DNA of 64,000 bases. Source: Chrysomallon squamiferum (lineage: Eukaryota; Animalia; Mollusca). Below, one piece after another: positions 1 to 22,454 of the stretch. The notes beneath the pieces were generated by a model that searched no databases, was not told the origin of the DNA, and worked only from the letters and a program-made list of their open reading frames with translations. Both the position numbers and the translations under genes were made by a program. Every line of letters starts with the position of its first letter. Position 1 is the stretch's first letter. The stretch is taken from contig CM022675.1 of the NCBI GenBank assembly GCA_012295275.1, positions 3,534,001 through 3,598,000 of the forward strand. Reading direction: 5' to 3'.

Positions 1-1778
1 TTCAGTCCCACAGTTTTCATCGGGGTTTCCTTGACAACCAGTCTTATTTTGTCTTTGAACAGATCCATCTGAAACTTTATTCGAGCTTCTCGAGTTAAAA
101 CAGTAACATTTCTCTCCCTGCAATACAAACATTTAAAAATACATTTTTTACCACTTTCACATCAACTGATTCTGTCTCCCTTTCCAAATTTAACAAAAAT
201 GCATTTAATGTTACTTACTAACCTGCAATCCCACATATATTACACCTGCAGAAGTTTTCTTTTGTTGACATTCGTAGTAACATCGGCTTGCCTGGTTGTC
301 GTATTTGAGTTGATAAAAGTGTTCAGACTGTGATTCATTCACTTCTCCAATATAATTAAACAAAGGTGTATTGTCCACTGTAATCCAAACTTAATTTGTT
401 TAATACAATTGATTTTAAAAATAATATATATATATAGAATATGTTTTTAATATAACATTTAGTCTGAAAGACATATGTACACACAGATACAGATGAATAC
501 ACACACACACAGATCATTTTATTTCAGATGGAGTTTCTTATTTTGCTAGAGATTTTCAAAACAAATGTTGTGAGAGCTCCCCAAGTATTCAGAAGTTTTG
601 ATGGTTGATTTAATTTGGGCATTATTCCTCTCAAACTGTGGTTCTTTAATTTCCTAGGGCTGTTTGAAGAGAAGAGTGTATAAAAGAATTTGATTATTCA
701 TGGTCTTTTGCTCCTCTGATTAGTAACTGTTATGTGTCTATAGTAAAAAAATGTTTTTATAACCCCTCCCTTCAAACAACTCTAGCAAATTAGTGATACC
801 AGTTTGAGAGTATTACTGGTATTCCAACAGTCTTGCAATGATGTCGAAACTAAATCTACCTTTCTGACTACTCGGGATACTACGAAATCGATTTCTAGGC
901 CTCTTTTAAAAATCATCTCCCAGACTATTAGAACCATACGTATATTATACACTATACTGATATTCAACAAACAAAACAGCAACAACAATAATAACAACAA
1001 CAGCAAAACAACAACAACAACAATAACAATAATAATAAATAATCCAGACTTATATAATACAATCATTGTAAAAATAAAAAAAATAAAATAAAAACAGGAC
1101 AAAAAAGAAAAACAAAGGCACATAAATAATAATATTTGTGCAAATAAAATCAGTTGTCGTAAATACAATGTTAATGTCTTAACTAGTCGTTCCTATTGTT
1201 ATGGACTTGACTAGATGCTATCTATGCGGCTATTAACAGGAAAGAAAAAAATAAATGTGTACATGTCTGATACAATTTTTTGTTGTTTTCATTATATAGC
1301 ATGTAGCCATTATAAATTCACAGTAAGCAACATTAGCAAATATATCGATTATATACAATTTACAAATCAACTTGTTCAACATTACACAGAAATACAAATT
1401 TAATACAACTGAATATTCACAGTAGTCACAGCTTTTGGTCTGCTTATTTCTTAAAGTTTGATGATCGTAACTTCACAGTAAAGCAAATTAATAATTTATT
1501 TCACCTGTCCACATCCATGAACTGTACTGAACTTTAGCTCCAATCCAGTAAGATCCAGCTGTGACGTCACTCAGTGATGTAATATCTGACGTACTGTACA
1601 GTTGTTCTCCATGTTGATGACATGTATAAAACGCTGTGTCCCATGTGACGTCATTTAATATACGCAGAGTAGCTGTAATAAAACAGAATATATTTACTTA
1701 TAAAACAAACATTATAATTCTTTCTTTCATTGATATTATTTATTTACAAAATAAAGAGTATAATTAACATCTCTCTCT

Positions 1779-1839
<61 letters not shown>

Positions 1840-2123
1840 CTCTCTCTCTCTCTCTCTCTCTCGCTCTCTCTCTCAATTAAATTTAAAATTAATAATAATA
1901 TACTTGCAACACATTCGTAAATTATTAAAAATAATTGGGAAGTTTCACTACTTTTAAAAAGATTATTTTCCATAACAAAATTATAACCATAAAAAATAGG
2001 AAAATAAAAACAAACGTATTTCACTTGTAATTAAAATATTTTACCTGATGCAGTAAACAGCTGACATAAAATCCCGCCGAAAACTGCAAGAAGCAGACGA
2101 CTTGTACTCCATACTTCAGCCAT
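1..2123 (-). CDS. Receptor copy A, CTLD/WSC family; 5' part only, runs off the window start
   Basis: Exons 2123-2045 (signal peptide MAEVWSTSRLLLAVFGGILCQLFTAS), 1672-1505 (CTLD N-half VTWDTAFYTC..L..SYWIGAKVQYSSWMWT), 377-223 (DNTP..RCYYECQQ..YVGLQ) and 117-1 (GEKCYC..GCQGNPDENCGTE, WSC-type cysteines). All GT-AG, with phases matching the paralogs. Confidence 0.85.
1770..1875. repeat. (CT)n/(GA)n microsatellite in intron 1 of copy A
   Basis: Seen directly; the same intron-1 position carries it in B (5492-5531), psi (16851-16942), C (18762-18838) and F (39084-39176), but not in E. Confidence 0.95.
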
Positions 2124-2785
2124 GACACCCTGTTAACTGTACAAAGAAGTAAAACATCATCTGTGATTAACAACACAGGTTATCCAGGGGAAAACAATGG
2201 CAAAATGATATAAGCACTTCAAAAACTCTAGTAATACACAAAAATAGTTATACGTAAATGATTAATAATAAAATGTTTTAATTACCGAAGTAGCTAGTAC
2301 TCGTTTGAAAAATTACTTTAGACTTTGTACATTAACAAATCATCATGTGAGAGAAACAGAGTGTGTGCTATCCTAGACAGATAATAACTTAGATAAACTT
2401 GAAATAAACTTGCTAAATATTGACTATCTATCTGTTTGCTTTGTGTTCGTTTTTATTATGATGGCGACGGCGGTGATGATAACTGTAATTACGATAATTC
2501 ACTTAGTATTATGAAGATGACGATGATGACTATAATTACAATAATGTTGGGTTTTTATATGTTAAGATGACGACGATGATGTTGTGATGAATAAATTAAT
2601 GATGTTGACAATGAGAATTATGAAATGGCTGGTTGAAATTATTTAAATATTTAACACAAATGTTTTGTTTAATATAATTATTATAAAAGTTTTCTGCCTA
2701 GAAACTAATAAATATATATATATATATATATATACATGCACATACACACACACATGCATGCATATACATACACTATGTACACAAA

Positions 2786-3903
2786 TACTGAACAAAATAA
2801 GCAATACGCTAACTGTGCTTGAACACAACTTCATGCAAAAAAACTGGGGCAATAATTGTTATATATGTGTTTAAAGAGTGTTCCATTATTCACTGTTTGG
2901 TGCAAAAATCATGGCCATAGGTTAAGAGAATCTGGGAGAAAATTTGACCAAGTATGGTAGCGGTTAAAACAACAAAAAAAGTACTTCTTTATAAAGGATT
3001 TGACAACCTCTTGAACTGACCACTGCAGTGTATTGTAGACGCACAGAAACGACTAAAGTGTTGATTTCTGACTGTGGAATATTGTTCCAGTCCTGAATGA
3101 GCGTTTGACGAAGTTCGTTGATGTTAGGGGTGGGTTGGGACGACGCCTCAATCGTCTGTCCAGACTTTCCCAGACAAGATCGATGGGGTTGAGATCAGGA
3201 CTTTAAGCGAGCTAGTCATCAATGAAATCAATTTTATTGAATGTGTACACGTGCGTAATTAAGACAATTTAGACGATGACGTTGTGTTAAAAAGCATCCG
3301 ACTAAGGACTCGTACATATAAACCGTCTTCTCGCAGACGATTAGAACAGTTTGCCCGCTGATTCGGTTTGTTATGAAGCCAGGTGTGTTAGCAGCAGTAG
3401 CAGTGGCAGTTTGGAATCGACTGCGCAAATGCGTGTTTTCATATAGCGATCTTGAACTCGCGTTGTAATATGGAGACGTCCATGCCGTAGAAAGTCGTCG
3501 CTGCTTCCTGTCGTTCGAAATCTGTCGCGAAGATTTCATATTCCTCGACTAGAACTCCCATCATGCATTGCAATGTCTTCTGTCGATATGCCAGTCTCCC
3601 TTTCAAAGTAAATTATTGGCTATTCTTAGCATACTGAGAATACTAATCTTTTTTACAGGTTTTTTTTACCGGTTTTCTTTCACTTAATAACAGTGTCAGT
3701 AAGACTAGTAATACAAATTTACCGAATACTACACGGGACATGTCGAACCATGCATGCATGTGCAAACTGAGTTTCACGTTGTTAACATTTAACAGTACAA
3801 AAATAATCGATAAAATTAATGAATCCTGATAATACAGTTCAAAGTTAATACTACACAACAAATACTGAATGTACAAATCGGAAATTTCTTTCTTTGTTCA
3901 GTA
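2786..3903 (-). mobile_element. Internally deleted, degenerate Tc1/mariner DNA transposon
   Basis: Imperfect TIRs: TACTGAACAAAATAAG at 2786 and the reverse complement of TACTGAACAAAGAAAG ending 3903, followed by TA. The minus strand gives a Tc1 HTH region (HLRSRFQTATATAANTPG..RISGQTV) and the C-terminal SPDLNPIDLVWESLDRRLRRRPNPP..LIQDWNNIPQSEINTLV, with stops and frameshifts; the central DDE part is missing. Confidence 0.85.
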
Positions 3904-5214
3904 TATGTACATAAATTTATAGACACATGCATCTACGCACGTACATTCATGGACATCATACTTGGACAGACACATACACATGCATAGACACCTCTGTCTA
4001 CTTTTCTCTGTTTCTTTGTCTTTTAATTATTTCTTCAGATCACCTCTTTTTCTTTCTTCTTCTTGTTTCATTAACACAAACAGTAAACTGAATAACGCAA
4101 GCTAATTTAAAATTAATAACTTAAATTGAGCAACAAAGAAATAGAAACGATTTATAAAAATAAGTAAGTAATAAATAAAACGAACACACAGAAAACAGGT
4201 TTAGCAAGCTGATTTCAAGTTGAGGTCTGAATTATTTTGTTTCAAGGACAGCAAAGTCTGATCTAAGATTTCAAACGAGAAATAGGTATATCGGATTAAT
4301 TGTTAAATAGTATATCCCAGTGTATTTCTGGGTATATATCCATGTAGGTAGATATGTTCATCTACATAAACATATATGTGTATGTGTGAGTGTGTTTATG
4401 TACATATAAATAAAGATATAAACACAAGTGTATTTATATATGTGTGTATACTAAAGTACATATGTGTATACATGTGTCAATGTACGTGAGTATGTGTGTT
4501 TATATATATATAGATGTATGTATCAATGTGTATGTAGTGTATATATATGTATGTATGTGTGTGTGTGTCTGTTTGTGTGTTTGTGTTTGTGTGTATTTAT
4601 TAGTTTCTAGGCAGAAAAGGTTGTACAATAATCATATTAACACAAATTTCAGTTTCTGTTAAATATTTAAATAATTTCAGCCAGCCATTCCGTATTTCTC
4701 ATTATTATCAAAATCATTAATTTTTTTCAGCAAAATGTCATCATCTTTATCTAGCATAATAACAACATTATTTTAATAATCATGATCATCGTCGTCGTCG
4801 TCATCTACATAATAATACAATTATCGTAATTATGGTCATCATCTCAGCCGTGTTCATTTTCATGATGAAAAAAACAAAGCAAACAGGTAGATAGTCTATA
4901 TTTAGCAAGATTATGTAATACAGACGTGTGAGTTATTTTCTTTCTAGGAAAATAGATAAACTCTGTTCACTTCCTGGTTTGTTAAAGATAAAAGTGTTTT
5001 ACTGTACAAAAAGTCTAGCGTCAGATTTCAAACGTGCACTATTTACCTCGGTAATTAAAATATTTTATTATTAATCATCTACATATAACTACTTTCGTGT
5101 ATTACTAGAGGTTTTGAAGTTGTTATATTGTTTTACAAACCTGATCTTCCCGAAAAACGTGTGTTTGTAAAAATAGATCAATGTTTTGCTTCCTTGTACA
5201 GTTAACAGGGTGTC

Positions 5215-12457
<7,243 letters not shown>

Positions 12458-14674
12458 TTATGTTCCCACAACACGTACTAACTACTCTTTCTTATTATTA
12501 ACAAGATATGTACCCTCTCATAGAGAGAAAACCAATCACTTGGTACTGGCTGAAACAGGAAATATTTTACAATAATCATAAATATTAGTACACATGTCAA
12601 CATCAGTGGTTGGAACTGGAATTAGTAAAATAAGTGACAGTTTTAGCTGTGAAGAGTAGTTGTATACATTTGTGAATAATTAGTAGTTTGCAATTAATTA
12701 GGAAGCAAAATATTGTTAATGATACAAGCTCTAGCTGTTAGTGCCACATATTTATGTAATGATATAGATAGACAGACAGACAGACAGACAGATAGAAAAC
12801 AGATGCATGGGTCTACATATGTATACAGATACACATAGAATAAGATATAAATAAATCTGCATGCAGAGATGTGTGCAAATATGTATATATTCAAACGTAC
12901 ATAAATGTATATATTTAGTCTGTATGTATGTATGCATGAGTATAAACTTCATCTATCTGTATATGTGTTTTTTTACAATCAATTTATAATTATAAGAGTT
13001 ATCTGGTTTGCAGTAGAACATTTTATATTGAAACCTCTCCTATCAATCAGTTTTTATCATGAAATAAAATTAACACAGTAAATTTAAAAAAATAAAATAA
13101 AATAAAATACCATTTTCTTGTAAAGTTTCTTTTTATTGAAACCCCAGAATAAAGCTACTGTATTTTCTGGGGTTTTTTTTACAGAAACAAATAGATTTAA
13201 AATAAAATAATCACCTACATTAATTGGCTAGTTATAATTGCATAAGAGTATTTGATTGGATAGTATACATAATTTATGTACAAAAACAAATCATTTACAA
13301 CTGCTTATCCTGGCATAGACTACGACACTAAATTTAACACAATAAGTAACTTACTATACACAACCAATTTCTCTTGTTTTTAACGTTACAACATTAAACA
13401 TTATTTCATAATAATACAGTAAACTGGACTGACACAGTTTTATACTGCAAAACATTCATCCATGACACAGCTAATATAAACCAAAAATTTCATTACAGAG
13501 TTGTAGCAAGTTCATTCTTAACAATAAATTTTCTATTTCATAAATTGTTTATAGATAAGAACTTAAGACAAATAAATTAAATTACTAGATAAGAATGGGA
13601 GAAGTCAAATACACTTACTTTTTTCTTTGTATTTTTTTATTTTTTTTTTATTTTCTATATATTTTTAAATAATGTCTGCATTAAATTTGTTCTCTTTACT
13701 AACAAAGGAAGAGCTATGATTATAAACATCTCCCTAGAAAACATTTATTATTTAAAAATGAAACTAAAACACAACTACACAAAAACACAAACATTAATAA
13801 AGTCATATTATTATCCTGCATATAGATAGACCTGGTGTATATAACTGGTATAAACTCATTTTTGTTTATATCAAATTTTCCCTCAAATTCTCATATAAAC
13901 ATTAGTCAAGTTAACAAAATGATTTGAAAATATAAACATAGACAATATATCTCTGCTTTGTATATAAAGTCTCTAATGAATCTATAATTTATATACATTT
14001 TATAATAATATTTACAATATTATTAAACAGAAAGTTAATTAACAAAATTAATGAGTGCTTAGAACCAAAGTGGTCTAAAAATTAGAAAATGATTATCTGA
14101 TGATAGATTTTTGATAAGATGCATAACTGTGTAAAAGGTTCTAACTTTTGACAATCATTTTTAACTCAATCCAGTTTTGTGAGTATTATTTTACTTTTGT
14201 ACACTTTGATAACTTTATAATCTAAAAATTTAATTTCTATGTTTAAGACAAAACTGATTCTATGCCCTTCTTTTTATATTGTTATATTAATAAAATGATT
14301 ACGTATTTTTATATAACGAATAAAGTATTGATCAACAAATCATGGTTTTTTTTTTTCTTTTTTTTTTTGTCATTTCTGAGTTTGGTTTTGTTGTATGCTT
14401 TTCTAATAACAATTCTTCAATTATTAATCTTGTTAAAAAATTTTGCCATGATATATTTGATATTAAACTTACTAGTAACGAAAGTGTATCTCATACTAAA
14501 CTCTCTGAAATTGCATAGCAAAATTTATTATCTTTTATGATTGAAGAAATATATGGAAAATCTGAAGACATTAAAAATATTTGGGTTATGTTAAAACACC
14601 TTTTTAAAACCATTTTAAAATTAGTAAAAATGATAATAAAAAATAATAATAATAAAATAATAATAATAATAATA

Positions 14675-14731
<57 letters not shown>

Positions 14732-16702
14732 ATTTTTCTTTGTTTATTTGTTTATTTATATTGTTATAAATTTAAATTTTTGAATATAAAAAATAAAACT
14801 GATTAAGGCATGTTGTATGGTGTTTAATTTGAAATATTTTCTCAATGATTATTTTTCAAAATTATTTCACTGATCTGATGTACAAAAGTGATTTTCTTTT
14901 CCTATTTAACACAATAAAATATTTATAAAAAAAAAATAATAATTAGATTAAAATACTCAAAAAAAGAAGTAAATAAACAGCAGTAAATCACAATTCATTC
15001 TTCACAGAATAACATTTAAAAATGTCTCATAAAATATTATTAAAAATACAAATTCATTTTCAAAATGTTTCTTAAAATCCCTGAGCTTGAAAAATATGAA
15101 ATTTAATTTGTTAAAGAAATTTGGTTGATATGCGAGACATCATGTTTAATGAAAACTAACCCATAAGAAACATGAAATATGTTTGAACCATACAGTGATA
15201 GATTTTCATAAAGATTTGAAAATGCCTATTTTTTTTTTTATTTCATTTAATTTGTTTTTTACAATCAAGTGTAAAGGATATTTCAAGTGCTCATCGCATT
15301 ATTATAATTCATAAACACTGAAATAACTTGACAAATACAAACTGTGTGGTATGTGATGCTCTGTTTAAATGATTCGATAACAAACCTTGAACATCACAAA
15401 GTCAACATGAATAAAACTTTTAACATGTGTTAGCCTTTTTACATTCGAACACACCACACAACAAATTTATTTCAGTAATATTTGTGATTGTTTATATTTG
15501 TACGTCACAAACTTGAAATTAACTTCATGATATCACAGTGTTTACACAAGTATATCTCAGTTTACTGATAACACAATCATGAATGGTAATATCTATGACA
15601 CTTTATATATTTTTTACTGTTTTTTATTATAAATCAGTTTTTATTATGAGACAAAGATCAAGTTTAAAAAATGATTTTTTCAGAAATAAAATAAAATAAA
15701 TAGGTAACCTGTCTTTTTAAGTCAAGCATGTATGTACGCACAAACACACACGCACATAATCACATCTGAATTTAAAAATCAGATATAACAGTCTATGGAA
15801 ATTCTACTTGTAAATAAAACAATTCTAACATCTGATATTTTCATTCTGTCATACAATTTAAATTTTGTTTCTATTGTTTTTCTTCACTTTTGAAACACTT
15901 CAGTTTTCTTATCTTCACATATATTTATATACAGATTTAGTAATTGCCCGTATATTGTTTGTAAGATATATATAGTTTTTAATTATATAAATCTCAGAAT
16001 TTATTTATTTTAATTTTTATTTATTTATTTACTTATCTATTTATTTCAAGGAAATTAAAATCAGCACTTGTAACTTTACAACGTTAAAGACCCAATCACA
16101 CCATTAAAATGCTATACTGATTGAGTCTCCAGATTACGTTATCTTTTAAGTTACTATGAAGACTGAGGCTCCGCTTGAAATTTATTTTGTGCTCCAGCAT
16201 TTTAAATTAAAACATCTAAAAAGACTGAGCATTCGATAAAACAATGTTGGTGTCCTGATAATGATTTAATTCCTGTGGGGTTCTTAATTTTTGTTTTCTT
16301 ATAAACTTAATGCATATTAAGAATTAAGACACTTATTATTAGTTCTCTCTACTGTGTAACACGTTACATTATTTCACAAAATGACAGTGACATTTTTAAA
16401 ACCACTAAAATATATTTGTATGAAATAAAACTTTAAACAAAACAGTAACAGATCATACACACATTAAAACCACATTTTATATAAATTTACTCACAAACAT
16501 CCAAACTACAATCATGTTAAAACACAACAAAGTGACAGAAAAAAGAAAACATGATTAAAAAAGTAAATATCAATAATTATTATTTTTACTATCATATCAT
16601 CATCATTTTTGTTACAATGATAAATAAACTAATGGTAAATTTGTGTATGTACGTAATATAATGTAATTTATTTCATGTACAAATAAACGATTTTATAATG
16701 TA

Positions 16703-17184
<482 letters not shown>

Positions 17185-17904
17185 GACACCCTGTTAACTG
17201 AACAAGAAAGTAAAACGATCTATTTTTAACAACACCTTTTAATCAAGAAGATTAATTCTATAAAACGATATAGCAATTTGAAAATTTCCAGTAATACACG
17301 TAGATGATTAATAATAAAATATTTTATTTACCGAGGTAGCTCTTTCTCGTTTGAAATATTACTTTGAACCTTTTTTCTTGTTGTTCGCTTTGTTTATTAT
17401 TTATTTATTTTTCTACATCATCTCTGTTTCTTTGTTGCTCAGTTTAAATTATGAATTTTAAATTAGCTTGCGTTATTCAGTTTACTGTTTATGTTAACAA
17501 AACAGAAGAAGAAGAAGAAAGAAAAAGAGATGATCTAAAGAAAAATAAAAAAAAGTGAAAAAAAAAAAAAAAGAAACATAGAAAAGCAGACAGCAGTGAC
17601 GGAATAAATGTTATATAGTGTATGCCAGTATGTTTCTGTGAATATATGAACGTAGGTAGATATATGCATCTATATAAACATGAGTTATGTAAAATCTATA
17701 AACATGCATACACGAAGACAAGCACACGTTTGTATTTATACTTATATGTCTGTGTTTGTGTCTGTTCGAAGGCACACACATTTATATATATAAATATACA
17801 CACACACACACGCATGTGCATTTGAATATATATATATGTATCTATGAGTAAATCGGTGTTTGTGTATGTGCGTATATGTATGTCTCTATATACATATGTG
17901 TGTC

Positions 17905-17950
<46 letters not shown>

Positions 17951-18758
17951 TATGTATACTGTATGTATATGTGCGTATGTGTGGATGTTTATTTATTTCT
18001 GTTTCTAGATAGGATGCTAAAACTTCATACTATCCTTATTAGTTTCTGATAAATATTTAAATAATGCAAGTTTTCATCATAACATCATCATCGTAATTTC
18101 AATATAATGAAAACATTATCGTAATTACAGTCATTATCGTCGTCATCTTTACCACAAAGTAAACAAGGTAGAGAGTCTATATTTAGCAAGTTTATTTGAG
18201 GCAGTCGAGCAGTTATTTTATTTCTAGGACAGCAGACACACTCTGTTCGTTCCACTTATTGGTTTGTTAAAGATAAAAATGTTTTAATGTGCAGTGTCTA
18301 GCGTAAGATTTCAAAGGAGAAAGAGCTATCTAGGTAAATATAAAATTTTATTATTTATCATCTACGTATAACTATTTTCGTGTATTTCTAGAGTTTTTGA
18401 AGTTGTTATATCGTTCTACAAACTTGATCTTCGTGAAAACTGACGTTGACAAAAAAAGATTAATGTTTTTCTTCCTTGTAGAGTTAACAGGGGTCATGGC
18501 TGACCTGTGGAGTAAAAGTCGTCTGCTTCTGACAGTTTTTAGCGGGATTTTATGTCAGCTGTTTTCTACGTCAGGTAAAATATTTTAATTACAAGCGAAA
18601 GAATTTCATTTTTATTTTCCTATTTTTCTGGTTACAATTTTGTGAAGGGAAAACAATGTTTTAAAAAGTAGTGAATTTAACATTTACTTGCAAGTATATT
18701 ATTATTAATTTTTAAATAAAATTTATATTTTTAGATCTCTGATCCTCAGTGGCATTTG

Positions 18759-18844
<86 letters not shown>

Positions 18845-19589
18845 TAATTATTAAAGTTATTTTTATAAGAAAATGTATTACAGCAACTCTACGTATGTTA
18901 AATGGCGTCACATGGGATACAGCGTTTTATACATGTCATCAACATGGAGAACAACTGTACAGTACGTCAGATATCACATCACTGAGTGATGTCACAGCAG
19001 GATCTTACTGGATTGGAGCTAAAGTTCAGTACAGTTCATGGATGTGGACAGGTGAAGTAAACATATTTCAGTTTACTTTACTGAGCAATTACTCAGACGA
19101 AAAATTATTGCAAGTGTGAATATGCAACTACATTAAATTTATATAACTGTTTAATATGAACAGGTTTAATGTTATATTTATTATTAAAATATCAATATAC
19201 TTGTAACTTTGATATTGTTTAATAAATGTGCATTTACTGTGCTATACGCTGAAATTATTTAAATACGAACGTCGATATTTCTTTTCACTGCTATAAAGAC
19301 ACGAACAGCATCTGGTCACGTGATGTAAAACACGTCACAATAAAAACATCTAATTAACACAGGAAGCTAATTAAGATAAAGGTAACGTGTTTACGACTAT
19401 TAATCTTCTTTTTTTAACACACACACACACACACTTATATATATATAAATATATAATATATATATACAAAATAATTCTTTATTTAATAAAAGGAAAGTAA
19501 AATTAACTAAAGAAGGATAAAAAGCAAATAAGAACCAAAACAACAAAAAACAACAAAAACATATCTATCTATCTATCTATAGATAGATA

Positions 19590-19635
<46 letters not shown>

Positions 19636-21063
19636 GGTTGTCTTTTTGTTTTTGGGGGTTGTTTGCTTTTTATTTTTTTTGTTTTGGGATTTGTTAAAGA
19701 CTGTGGTTTTATTGTTGCTGTTGTTGTTGTTGTAGGAGCAGTAGTAGTAGTTTCTGCCGTTTTCTTTGTTATTAGTATGGTTATTGAAAGTCCAACAACT
19801 TAGAAATAAAGAAATAAAATGCATGTAATTATTTAATATATGTGTGTGTTTGCGTCTGTGCGTGTGTCCCTGTGTTTTTTCCTGTGTACATTTGTGTGTG
19901 TTTTTGTGTGTGTGTATGTGTGTGTGTGTGTGTAAATATGTGTGTGTGTGACTACATTTTATGTACAAAATTGTTGCTTGCACTGTAAAACTGATTATAT
20001 TAAACAAATCAAGTTTGTTTTACAGCGGATAACACACCACTGTTTGATTACATTGGAGAAGTGAATGAATCACAATCTGAACAGTTTTATGTAATCAAAT
20101 ACAACAACCAGGCAAGCCGATGTTACTACAAATGTCAACAACACAAAACTACTACAAATATAATGTATGTGGGATTGCAGGTTAGTAACATAGATTAAAT
20201 AAATATTTACATACGCAAAGAAATAGATACGTTTACACACACACATACACACACACATACATGCTTAAAAATATACACAGGCTTGCGAACAGACATGCAT
20301 GCACTGGTGTAGAGAAACAATTATACAGAGAGACAGACAGAAAGACAAACACTTTTAAACATTTCTTACTGCTATAATCACTAAAAGAAATGTTCTTACA
20401 GTTCTTTAATATGAACACAGTTATAGCATTGTCTGTGACTAATACCTTACTCTGTTTGGAATGGTAAAAATAATTAATTGGTGTGAAAGTGGTAAGAAAG
20501 TATGTTTATTTTAGCAAGTTATTTTTAATATTTTAAAATGTTTGTATTACAGGGAGAGAAATGTTATTGTTTTATCTCGAAGATATGGGTTCCAGTTCCA
20601 TTTGAAATTGTTCAAAGCGAAAATAAAAGTGTTTGTCTAGGAAACTTCAAAGAAAACTGTGGAACTGAAAACACAATAAGTATTTACAAAACAGGTAAAA
20701 TTTTACTTATATATCTCAGTTTATATTTTATTTTGTTATGTCGATTTGGTCAATTTCTGTCGTGTTTTTTTTTTTTTTAATATCTTAATAGTAAAGTAAC
20801 ATGAAAAGTAAATGTCGCACATTTCTTTAAATATATTTTTTCTGTCTTTCAGTCAGTAAGCAAATTTATTTATTAATCCTTTTATCTGTGTTTCAGACTA
20901 TTTATCAATTATTCTATCTAATATCTTTTTATATTTCTTTCTTTCAATCAGTCCATATAATCATTTTGTTTATTTGTCAGTCTGTCTGTCTGTCTAAACT
21001 TGCTATCGAGCATTCAGTATATATATCTGTCAAAGTATGTATATATCTCAGTTCATTCACAGA

Positions 21064-21300
<237 letters not shown>

Positions 21301-21871
21301 TTAATTGCAGTCTCTCGCTTTTATATGCTCAATTCTATCAGTACATGTATACGTTTATGTATTAATGAATTTTCGTAAAATATATTACGACTCTATTGTA
21401 TATGGTTTGCTGACATAACTACCAAAGTTAATATTTTCACAGATTTGACAATTGTTCTGGGTATTCGTGGTTTGTGTGGCTACGTTGAAACTCACCCACA
21501 CATTTTAATACTGAAAGCAGATAAAAACTGTGATTCAAAGAAAGGATTTATTTGTAACTGTGAGTAAATAATTTTTTTATACAAAATAAAAGTTAGACAC
21601 ATTCATTTTTTAAATTGTTTATTTTTCGTAGATACACAAACAGGCACGTGTGTTTTTATAGAAGTATTAATAGCATTACTTATTTTATTTTATTTTATTT
21701 TATTTTGTTAAAAATTTTGTTTTATTTTTTTATTTTTTATTTTTGTTATTATTATTTTTTTAATTATTATTATTTTCGATAGAATACATGTTTGTTACAA
21801 ACAGCGAATACATATATCGGGTTAGATAAAACTATATTTCTTTTGTTTTTGTTATTATTTATTTTATTTGT

Positions 21872-21914
<43 letters not shown>

Positions 21915-22242
21915 TTCTTTTTCTCCTCAGGTCCAGGACAATATTCTAATTTAAATCTTGTTACCATCATAATCAGATTGACAGTTGGTTTTCATCTAGT
22001 TCAAGCTGTGATTTAGCAAAACCAAACACAAATAACACTGAGACAATAAGACGACTTTTATGGCCTAATGAAAAACTGGATTGGATTAAAACGTGACAAA
22101 CAAATAGACTGGATTGACAGACATTTCAGTGAGTTATTTTGTTCATGTTAAGAGGAACAGACATATTGACTTTTCTTGATTGTGTTTGCTGGTTTGACCA
22201 CTTTCTTTTCTTCTTCTTCTTCTTCTTCTTTATTATTATTAT

Positions 22243-22283
<41 letters not shown>

Positions 22284-22403
22284 TTGTTGTTGTTGTTTAA
22301 TGTTCTTTTTTGTTGTTGTTTTTAGTGGGATAGGTTTTTTGTTATTGTTTTGCAGTTAATTAATTTTATTTATTTATTTATTTATTTATTATTATTTTTA
22401 TTA

Positions 22404-22454
<51 letters not shown>

